This document shows positions 1 through 7,767 of a DNA stretch of 12,719 nucleotides, one piece after another (within the stretch, counting starts at the first letter, position 1; each line of letters starts with the position of its first letter). Below the pieces are notes generated by a model. It ran no database searches. It saw only the letters and a list, made by a program, of their open reading frames with translations, and was not told where the DNA came from. The stretch is from Candidatus Zixiibacteriota bacterium (lineage in GTDB: Bacteria; Zixibacteria; MSB-5A5; UBA10806; 4484-95): NCBI GenBank assembly GCA_029932605.1, contig JAOZPT010000061.1, positions 1-12,719 on the forward strand. Direction: 5' to 3'. Both the position numbers and the translations under genes were made by a program.

Positions 1-232
1 ATCCAATTAAAAACATCAAAAAGTTTCCCCTATTTTTAGAAAAATCAAGATATCCGCTTTTTGAAAAAGTCAACTCATTGAAATAATTTAAATTATAAAG
101 ATATTACCCAAGTTTTCGGGGAAAGTCCTGGGAAATAAGCTAATCAATTGTGAATAAAATCTGAGGGAAAAAGAAATGATGACCTACCCGTGAAACCGTT
201 AAATAAGATACATCTATTACTAACAATTAAAG

Positions 233-261
233 TTGAATAATTTTGTTTACTTGCCTATAAT
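233..261 (+). promoter_or_regulatory. Putative sigma70-type promoter upstream of the membrane glycosylation cluster
   Basis: TTGAAT (233-238), a 17-nt spacer, then perfect TATAAT (256-261). Predicted start site near 268. The AT-rich context raises the chance of a random match. Confidence 0.55.
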
Positions 262-395
262 CGTTCTATGTTTTGTTCAACGTCGAAAACAATTTCAGCT
301 CCAAAAACCTTCGTTTTGATATCGTTAATGTGTAGCTCAAATCGACTTCCAATCACCATCTCTTTGAGTAATCATATGTTCATGGTGAGCCGTCC

Positions 396-1298
396 ATGAA
401 ATTAAGCGCTATTTTAAAAATATTTTTTGCGGTTATCGCTATTGCTTTTATGGGGTATTATCTTTATAAGAACCTATCAGATCTTCAGCAATACCACTGG
501 CAATTCAATATCGTTTTATTCTTAATATCGATATTAATCCTATGGCTGGCTCTTTTTGCAATTGTATTAATATTCAGGTTAATTTTCAAGAAGCTGATAA
601 ATGTAGATATTGGGTTTCTCCAGATGTTCAGAGCATATAATATCGCTAATATCGGCCGTTATTTACCCGGGAAGGTATGGAGTATATTTGGATTGTTTTA
701 TTTTACCGGTCAATATGGAATAAATAAGAAACAGACGACACTGGCTATAGTCGCCAATGAGGTAAGTTCCAAGGGTTCAGGCGTATTATTGGGACTTTGT
801 TACTTCCTGTTTTCATCATCGTTTCAAAGTTACCTGCCGTTAATGATAGCACTTCTGGCTGCTTGTTTGGTTATTATACATCCTCGTGTTCTTGACAAGG
901 TTATTAACCTCGCCTTGAAACTAGTTAAAAAGCAACCCATTAAGATAGATTTTTCCTATTCAACCATATTCGTGTTTTTCTTAATGTACATAATTATTTG
1001 GGAAATACACAGCCTTGCGTTTTACTTTCTGATTAATTCCATAACCCCCTTAGAGGCGATCAATCTCGTTAAATTTTCCACTATCCTTCCTCTTTGTTGG
1101 GTAGTGGGCTATATAATTTTGCTAACGCCAGGCGGTATAGGGGTAAGAGAAGGAATGCTCGTAATAACGCTGGGAGAATTTTTAACACCTGAGGTCGCTT
1201 TGGTGGTAGCTATTTTGCAGAGAATCTGGTTTATACTAGTAGAGGGGATAAATGTTTTAATATCCTTTGCAATACAGGCTAAGACCAATAAAAGATAA
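396..1298 (+). CDS. UPF0104 / lysylphosphatidylglycerol synthase TM-domain family membrane protein (putative flippase-like)
   Basis: 300 aa with about 8 hydrophobic segments. Family-typical motifs NIGRYLPGKVW and TPGGIGVREG, and a conserved Arg in the last TM (ILQRIW). Confidence 0.85.
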   Translation: MKLSAILKIFFAVIAIAFMGYYLYKNLSDLQQYHWQFNIVLFLISILILWLALFAIVLIFRLIFKKLINVDIGFLQMFRAYNIANIGRYLPGKVWSIFGLFYFTGQYGINKKQTTLAIVANEVSSKGSGVLLGLCYFLFSSSFQSYLPLMIALLAACLVIIHPRVLDKVINLALKLVKKQPIKIDFSYSTIFVFFLMYIIIWEIHSLAFYFLINSITPLEAINLVKFSTILPLCWVVGYIILLTPGGIGVREGMLVITLGEFLTPEVALVVAILQRIWFILVEGINVLISFAIQAKTNKR

Positions 1299-1330
1299 CA
1301 GGAAGGATAGTTATACGTAAGATAAAAACA

Positions 1331-1359
1331 TTGCCACCAGCGAAGAAAATTTGTAATTT
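1331..1359 (+). promoter_or_regulatory. Possible internal promoter for the YfhO-family gene
   Basis: TTGCCA (1331-1336), 17 nt, TAATTT (1354-1359) in a 105-nt intergenic gap. SD-like GGAGAG at 1392-1397 precedes ATG 1404. Confidence 0.3.
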
Positions 1360-1403
1360 TTGTGAGGATGCGATATTGGATATAAACCCCCGGAGAGATT
1401 GTA

Positions 1404-3962
1404 ATGACTGATATTAAAAAGATGAGATTAACCGAAAAGGACCTTTTTGAAAAATTGCCCGGTAAACCGGTATGGTACTACCTGGGCATTTATTTAGTTG
1501 TTGTTATCGCTTTGTTCCATAACGCGTTATTCTCACCCTCGAAATTGATTTACGGAACAGATTTGCTTGCTGGAAACCTTTTCTTCAGACACTTCTTTAT
1601 CGAATTCTTCAAATCTCACGGCTGTTGGCCACTCTGGGATCCATATATACATGGTGGATTTCCCTTTGTGGATGGTATGCATGGCGACATATTTTATATT
1701 CCCAGTTCTCTCTTTTATATGCTTTTCAACATCTTCTACGCCTGGGGATTTGTGATAGCTTTGCATGTATTCTTTTCAGGTTTCTTTATGTACCTGTTTC
1801 TAAAGGACTTGAATATCAGGGGCATGGTAGCATTCCTTGGAGGCCTGTTATATATGATGGCGCCTTTATTTATTTCGCTGGTTTACGCCGGTCATAACGG
1901 TAAGATGTTTGTTATCACTCTTACGCCTCTTATGTTCTTTATATTCCACAGGGCAACCACACGGGGAAAACTCATATACTATATTTTATTATCTTTCGTC
2001 ATGCTCCTGGTGATGACCACGCCCCACATGCAAATGGCCTACTTTCTTTTCGCAACCCTGGGAGCTTACTTTATCGTGACCACCATCCAGCGCTGGCGCA
2101 AGGATGGTGTTGGCCCCATAAAGCCGACGGCTTTGTTTTTAACAGCGGTCATCCTGGGCATGATGCTCTCCCTCATGCAGTTTTTAACTCCTTACCAATA
2201 CCTTAATAAATATTCCATGCGGACACTACGCAAAGCGGAGGGAAAAGGCTATAGATTTTCTACCTCCTGGTCTTTGAACCCTGAGGAAATTGCAGCCGAC
2301 TTCTTTCCCGAGTTTTGCGGCGATAACGTTGCAGGACAAAAATCCACATATTGGGGTCATAATTACTTTAAGCTAAACTCTGAACATTTCAGTATCATCG
2401 CTATATTTTTATCTGTTTTGGGTATTGGTTTATGGCAACATCGAGGGAAGTGGTTCTTTTTTGGAACAATTATAGTAACACTTATCTTCTCTCTCGGTGC
2501 TAACACGTTTTTGTTTAAGTTGTTTTATCTTCTACCCGGTATTAAAAATTTTAGAGCGCCGGGTCTAATTGCCTTTTTAACCTGTTTTTCAACAATCACA
2601 CTCGGAGCAATGGGACTTGAAAGTTTTTTAACATGCAAAAAAGATGATAAAAAACTGAAAAAAACATGGAAAATCTATACCTATATTACCGCTGGTTACT
2701 CGCTGATTATACTGTTGTTATTAATCCTGCAGATGGGCTTTTTCAAAATATGGTTTGCCATATTCGGCTATACGCCCGATGCCGATAAAATGCGATCATT
2801 GCAAATGGGCATGGATCGAATAACGATCGGAGCCCTTATAAGCTTAGCAATCGTCTTAATACTCTACGCCCTTTTAAAATTCTATCTGGATAGGAAAATA
2901 AAACCATCCATTATCATTCTAATTCTTGCCACAATTACATTTGTTTATATGTGGAGCTTCAACTCAAGGTATATAATCACAATCGACCCCAAACCGTATT
3001 ACGCTAAGACACCAATTATCGACTTTTTCAAAGATAAACAGAAAGAAGGACCTTTCAGAGTACTTGTCCTTCCCCAGACATTACGTGACTACTATCTGGC
3101 TTATCATGGTATAGAGGAGTTGTCCACAACCCAGCTTCATGGCAACCACTTGGCTTCTACTGAGGAATTTATTAGAAAGAGTGGCAAGATAGATGTGCCA
3201 AGTGTTGATGCCTTTTTTAAGATAGTAAAGTTGTTAGAAACGAGCGGTTTAATTTATCAGCCAAGTATGAATATGTTGAATTCAAACGCGGTTCAACAAG
3301 CTATATATAGTATGATAAGAACCAGATTTATTTACAGTTCTGTCCAGGACCTTTTGAATATAAGATACGTGTTAAGTTCCTGGCAACTTTCTCCAGACAG
3401 GTTCAGACAAGTTAAAACATTCGGTAAAATTAAGGTATATGAGAACCTGTTCACATTACCAAGGGCTTTCCCCATATATCGATACGTCGTTATCCCCGAT
3501 GAAGATGACATTTTAGCCACTTTTAGTGATACCTCTTTCGATTACCGCAGTCAGATTATTTTCGACAAGATGCCGGATAACGCTCCCCCTGTATATGACG
3601 ATAGCCTCAGGTGGCCGGTGGTGCCTGCAAAAGTCTATGATATCGATAACTTCAGGTTCAAAGTCGATGTGGAAATGCTTGCCGACGGATTTTTATTCTT
3701 AAGCGAAAACTATTATCCAGCCTGGAAAGCCTACGAAAACGGCCGTTTGCTACCAACTCTTAAGGCGGATTTTACTTTCAGAGCCATACCCCTGAAAAAG
3801 GGTTTTCACACTGTCGAATGCAGGTTCGAAAATAATACTTTTTCAGTAGCGTTTTTGGTAAGCAAGTTTACATTTGTATTTCTTGCTCTTTCTCTTATAT
3901 TTTTAATTGTTAAAAATAAACTTAAAAATAAGACGCTAAAACGTGGAAATTCTGAAAAATAA
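1404..3962 (+). CDS. YfhO family membrane protein (putative GT-C fold glycosyltransferase)
   Basis: 852 aa. First-loop Asp (YGTD) followed by PLWDPYIHGGFPF, many TM helices, FRAP, then a soluble domain with FRV, LLNIRYV, VYEN..LPRAF, LFLSENYYPAWKA and FRAIPLKKGFH, and a final TM. This is the characteristic YfhO architecture. Confidence 0.88.
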   Translation: MTDIKKMRLTEKDLFEKLPGKPVWYYLGIYLVVVIALFHNALFSPSKLIYGTDLLAGNLFFRHFFIEFFKSHGCWPLWDPYIHGGFPFVDGMHGDIFYIPSSLFYMLFNIFYAWGFVIALHVFFSGFFMYLFLKDLNIRGMVAFLGGLLYMMAPLFISLVYAGHNGKMFVITLTPLMFFIFHRATTRGKLIYYILLSFVMLLVMTTPHMQMAYFLFATLGAYFIVTTIQRWRKDGVGPIKPTALFLTAVILGMMLSLMQFLTPYQYLNKYSMRTLRKAEGKGYRFSTSWSLNPEEIAADFFPEFCGDNVAGQKSTYWGHNYFKLNSEHFSIIAIFLSVLGIGLWQHRGKWFFFGTIIVTLIFSLGANTFLFKLFYLLPGIKNFRAPGLIAFLTCFSTITLGAMGLESFLTCKKDDKKLKKTWKIYTYITAGYSLIILLLLILQMGFFKIWFAIFGYTPDADKMRSLQMGMDRITIGALISLAIVLILYALLKFYLDRKIKPSIIILILATITFVYMWSFNSRYIITIDPKPYYAKTPIIDFFKDKQKEGPFRVLVLPQTLRDYYLAYHGIEELSTTQLHGNHLASTEEFIRKSGKIDVPSVDAFFKIVKLLETSGLIYQPSMNMLNSNAVQQAIYSMIRTRFIYSSVQDLLNIRYVLSSWQLSPDRFRQVKTFGKIKVYENLFTLPRAFPIYRYVVIPDEDDILATFSDTSFDYRSQIIFDKMPDNAPPVYDDSLRWPVVPAKVYDIDNFRFKVDVEMLADGFLFLSENYYPAWKAYENGRLLPTLKADFTFRAIPLKKGFHTVECRFENNTFSVAFLVSKFTFVFLALSLIFLIVKNKLKNKTLKRGNSEK

Positions 3963-4055
3963 TTTGGATACATTACACGGAGCTAAGCGAATACTAACAT
4001 AATCGCTCAAACAGGGGTATCTAAACAAAGTAATACCTTATATTATATATAGGAT

Positions 4056-6146
4056 ATGTTCAAAAAAAATAATATTAATAAGGTCTTAAAGATAAAACAA
4101 CCTACTGACCCAAAAGAGATAAAAGAAAAGAAATTACTGAAAATAGTTTTTATATATTTGACTATAATACTAGTGATACGATTTATATGTTCTTTTTTTC
4201 CCGAGGAACGATTATGGGGTCTAAATCATGCGGCTTTTATAAATGGAATGCCATTTCTTTATCTGGGGCTATTTTTAATAGGGATTTTTCTATATATAAG
4301 CGGTTATAATCATCCTGAAATAATCGATATAAACGGGTCAAATAAGTTTTGCAAATCCTTCAATAAAATCTTTCCCTATTTAATTATTTTGATTTCAGGT
4401 ATGTTCTTTTACTTCTTTTCAATCAAGGCTTATTTTCTTGGAGATGGTTATTTATTACTGTCTATTCTTTCGAACCAGGATACTATTGGAAAAAGCTTAG
4501 AAATTGGTGAATTTAGAGTTCATGAACTTTATCTAAAATTATTTGGGTTATTTACAATGCAAGGTGCCCGTCTAGCATATAAAAATATATCAATCCTATC
4601 CGGTTTAATTTTCATTGTGTCTTTGGCTTACTATGGAAGAAAAATCACAAGATCTTTCTTTTCTTATTGTGGTTTAATGTTTTTAACCTTAACGTCAGCG
4701 GGTACTATTCTCTTTTTCGGTTATGTTGAGAATTATTCAATAACCTCAGCTATGTTATATATTTTTTTCTTATCAGGAATATCAGCATTAAAAAATAATA
4801 AAAAAGCAATCATCCCGATAATTTCTTATCTGACTGCTTTATATCTTCATAAGATAGCTATTGTATATTTGCCAGCATTTTTGTTTTGTATAGTAACAAT
4901 GTTTTCTTCTAAGAAGGTTAATAAGTTACTATTATCGAAATATAAACACATTCTGACATTATTAGTGATATTATTTATTTCTTTTTATATAGTAGTAAAA
5001 ATATGTGCTCCACTATTTTGGCAAATATCATTTTTACACCCTTACAATTGGCGGTTCACGGTAGAAGGTTATACGTTATTTTCCTTAAAACATATTATTG
5101 ACTTTTTTAACTTGCTTGTTTTTTTAATACCTATTTCATTAATCGCTTTAATCATGGTATTACTTATGCCCTTTAGTAACAAAAAGAAAATTGATAAACC
5201 TACTTTGTTTGTTTTGATTGGATCGCAAGTTGGATTAATGGCAGTTTTTATATTTGAACCAAATCTGGGGATGGCTCGTGACTGGGATTTAATATCTGTT
5301 ATGTCAATTGGTGCTCTTGTAGGGGGTATTTATTATTGGATTGACAGATTCTATGATTATAAATTTTATAGATTAGCATCTGTTTTAATGTTACTAATTA
5401 ACTTGTCAATATATTTACCTTGGTTAACATTAGTTAATTCAAAAAAGGGAATATATGACTATAGTTTTTCTATTATGAAGCTTGACACCAAAAGATCAAG
5501 AACTGGAATATTTAACTTAATAGAATATAACAAGCGTAAAGGATATTATTTTGAAGTAAATAAACTTGAGGAATATAGAAGAAAAAAATATCCTGAGAGG
5601 GAATATTGGAAAGAAGGGGAAAAATATTATAAAGCGGGAGACTATAAAAAGGCTGAAGATTTATTTTTTAGAACGATTAAAGAAGCCCCTCGAAATTATA
5701 CTGGTTATGGATGGATAGGCACAATAAGATATAAACAAAAAAGATATAAAGAAGCACTTGAATATTTAAAAATTTCCAATGGACTTAATCCGGAAAATTA
5801 CATAACAGAATTCATGTTAGGAACAGCTTACAGTAATTTGGATAATGATAAACTTGCATTAAAATATTGGAAAAAAAGTATTAAACATAATATTTCTTTT
5901 TATGACCCTTATATAGCATTAGGAAATTACTTTTATGAAAAAGGTATTCCTGATTCTGCGAAATTCTATTTTACTCGTTTTCCTTTATCTAAATATCCTG
6001 TTGGAATCTATTATCGTCTTGGATTGGTTGAGTTACAATTGGGGGATACAGTAAAGGCAATGAATTATTTTAATACATATTTAGAAAAAGGCAGTGATAC
6101 AACTTTGATAAACCAAATAGAACATATTAAAGTTAAACTTAAATAA
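4056..6146 (+). CDS. Polytopic membrane protein with C-terminal TPR domain (possible GT-C glycosyltransferase)
   Basis: 696 aa with about 11-13 hydrophobic segments, acidic loop motifs FLGDGY, GYVENYS and ARDWDL, then five 33-34 aa TPR units. The TM+TPR architecture is seen directly; GT-C activity is inferred. Confidence 0.75.
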   Translation: MFKKNNINKVLKIKQPTDPKEIKEKKLLKIVFIYLTIILVIRFICSFFPEERLWGLNHAAFINGMPFLYLGLFLIGIFLYISGYNHPEIIDINGSNKFCKSFNKIFPYLIILISGMFFYFFSIKAYFLGDGYLLLSILSNQDTIGKSLEIGEFRVHELYLKLFGLFTMQGARLAYKNISILSGLIFIVSLAYYGRKITRSFFSYCGLMFLTLTSAGTILFFGYVENYSITSAMLYIFFLSGISALKNNKKAIIPIISYLTALYLHKIAIVYLPAFLFCIVTMFSSKKVNKLLLSKYKHILTLLVILFISFYIVVKICAPLFWQISFLHPYNWRFTVEGYTLFSLKHIIDFFNLLVFLIPISLIALIMVLLMPFSNKKKIDKPTLFVLIGSQVGLMAVFIFEPNLGMARDWDLISVMSIGALVGGIYYWIDRFYDYKFYRLASVLMLLINLSIYLPWLTLVNSKKGIYDYSFSIMKLDTKRSRTGIFNLIEYNKRKGYYFEVNKLEEYRRKKYPEREYWKEGEKYYKAGDYKKAEDLFFRTIKEAPRNYTGYGWIGTIRYKQKRYKEALEYLKISNGLNPENYITEFMLGTAYSNLDNDKLALKYWKKSIKHNISFYDPYIALGNYFYEKGIPDSAKFYFTRFPLSKYPVGIYYRLGLVELQLGDTVKAMNYFNTYLEKGSDTTLINQIEHIKVKLK
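5598..6101 (+). repeat. Five tandem tetratricopeptide repeats (protein-level repeat)
   Basis: Units REYWKEGEK...EAPRNY (34 aa), TGYGWIGTI...LNPENY (34), ITEFMLGTA...HNISFY (34), DPYIALGNY...SKYPV (33) and GIYYRLGLV...KGSDT (33), with the TPR consensus G and A positions. Confidence 0.85.
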
Positions 6147-6210
6147 ATATGCTTTTTTACCAAAATTTCTCACCCATTTATTCTTGATATCGAAAAGCAC
6201 ACCTGGTTTG

Positions 6211-6226
6211 AATTCTTTAAAGAATT
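6211..6226. promoter_or_regulatory. Perfect 16-bp palindrome upstream of the GG operon (candidate operator)
   Basis: AATTCTTTAAAGAATT is its own reverse complement. It is flanked by a second inverted pair, ATCGAAAA (6189-6196) and TTTTCGAT (6229-6236). Function is inferred. Confidence 0.35.
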
Positions 6227-6396
6227 AATTTTCGATTGCTTTAGGTAATTGATATTTGTATCTTTTTCGAGGTTTGTTGCCTTTAATCGGGATAATGGAT
6301 TCAAAATGGGATAGATCGATTGATTCTTGATACCGGTTGTGATTGCATTCTATTGATTGTTTTGGACACTTAACATTAATAAGGAATTTGATACAT

Positions 6397-7740
6397 TTGA
6401 CTACTGAAACCGAAAAACGTGATAAGCTCAGATCTGACGTTTTAAGGGTTATCCAGCAGGCGATAGAGTCAGTCAACCCTGAAAACGCTATTAGAAAACA
6501 CATGTCTATTGAAACCGAGGTGCTTCATATTGGTGATGAAAGAATTGACCTGAAGGATTATGTTAATATTAATGTTATAGGGGCAGGTAAGGCCTCACCG
6601 GCTATGGGCCTTGCTGTCGAGGAGGTCCTTGGTGAAAAACTAAAAGGTGGGGTTATCTGCACAAAGTATGGCTCTGGAGTTCGCCTTTCGAAGATGGAAG
6701 TTGTAGAAGCGAGTCATCCGATTCCGGATGAAAGGAGTGTATTGGGGGCTCAAAAAACCCTTGATAAAGTAAGATCATATGATTCAAATGACTTAGTTAT
6801 TTGCCTAATTTCAGGTGGTGCCTCTGCTATCTGGTGCCTTCCAGCTGGTAAAATTACACTTAAGGAGAAAGTGCAAGCTACCGAGGCTCTTCTTGCCAGC
6901 GGTGCTGATATCCATGAGATAAACACTGTAAGAAAGCATATATCGATGATTAAGGGGGGGCATCTGGCACGGGCTATTTATCCTAACAGGTTAATTAGCT
7001 TAGCCTTGTCTGATGTCGTTGGTGATAAATTCACCTCTATCGGCTCAGGTCCAACAACAGCCGATCCGACAACCTATCAACAAGCTATAAATGTGCTTAA
7101 TAAATACAGCTTGTTTTCAAGAATTCCACAATCAGTATTGGAGCATCTTAAGGCGGGTGTTAAATGCGAAATTCGGGAAACCCCCAAACCTGAAGATCCT
7201 ATATTCGAACGAAATATAGAGTGTATTATTGGCTCCAACAAATTAGCTCTTCGAACTGCTGAGGAGACTGCTCGCCATTTAGGGTATAATACTGCTATAT
7301 TATCATCGGAGTTGACCGGTGAGGCTAGATTTGTTGGCAAAAAACTTGCCGGTGAAATAAAGAAGATATATTTGGAAAAGAACCCGGTTGCCCCTCCGGC
7401 TATGCTGTTATGTGGTGGTGAGACAACGGTTACAGTTAAAGGGGATGGCAAAGGAGGTCGTAACCAGGAGCTGGTTTTATCTGCTGCTTTAGAATTAAAG
7501 GGTTTTAAAAGTATCCTTGTAGCGTCAATTGGTACAGATGGTATTGATGGTCCTACTGATGCAGCTGGTGCTTTTGCGGATGGTTCGACAGTTGGTCGTG
7601 GAGAGGAACTGGGGTTGGATGCTGTTGAGTATCTCGAGAGAAACAATAGCTATGAATACTTCAACCGTTTGGGCGAACTCATTTATATTGGGCCAACGGG
7701 CACGAATGTTATGGATATACAGGTACTTATCGCTATTTGA
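6397..7740 (+). CDS. gckA: Glycerate kinase, class II / MOFRL family (GckA/TtuD-like)
   Basis: Motifs GAGKA, HPIPD, LISGGASA, GADIHEINTVRKH, SDVVGD, IGSGPT, GGETTV, GKGGRNQE, GTDGIDG and TGTNVMD. Start moved from 6343 to the in-frame TTG at 6397 (447 aa) because SD-like AAGGA lies at 6381-6385; the exact start is uncertain. Confidence 0.92.
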   Translation: MTTETEKRDKLRSDVLRVIQQAIESVNPENAIRKHMSIETEVLHIGDERIDLKDYVNINVIGAGKASPAMGLAVEEVLGEKLKGGVICTKYGSGVRLSKMEVVEASHPIPDERSVLGAQKTLDKVRSYDSNDLVICLISGGASAIWCLPAGKITLKEKVQATEALLASGADIHEINTVRKHISMIKGGHLARAIYPNRLISLALSDVVGDKFTSIGSGPTTADPTTYQQAINVLNKYSLFSRIPQSVLEHLKAGVKCEIRETPKPEDPIFERNIECIIGSNKLALRTAEETARHLGYNTAILSSELTGEARFVGKKLAGEIKKIYLEKNPVAPPAMLLCGGETTVTVKGDGKGGRNQELVLSAALELKGFKSILVASIGTDGIDGPTDAAGAFADGSTVGRGEELGLDAVEYLERNNSYEYFNRLGELIYIGPTGTNVMDIQVLIAI

Positions 7741-7767
7741 TTATGAAGATTAACAGGGAGGGAAAAT

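Noticed and set aside
1533..3520. Short alternative-frame and antisense ORFs (1533-1766, 1567-1755, 1625-1897, 3332-3520)
   Set aside because: Nested within the YfhO gene, with no recognisable motifs.
4062..4069. A8 tract just after the TM-TPR start codon as a slippage switch
   Set aside because: A/T runs of 7-8 nt are expected in such AT-rich DNA, and the frame is intact.
6343..6396. ORF-track start (TTG 6343) for the glycerate kinase
   Set aside because: No SD, and the extra 18 aa do not look like the family N-terminus. TTG 6397 with AAGGA upstream is more plausible.
6225..6503. 92-aa minus-strand ORF
   Set aside because: Overlaps the kinase 5' end in antisense and has no recognisable domain.
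6954..6960. G7 tract as a phase-variation site
   Set aside because: Short, in frame, and encodes the conserved KGG motif.
7077..7646. 189-aa minus-strand ORF
   Set aside because: Ser/Pro/Thr-rich antisense shadow lying wholly inside the well-supported glycerate kinase gene.
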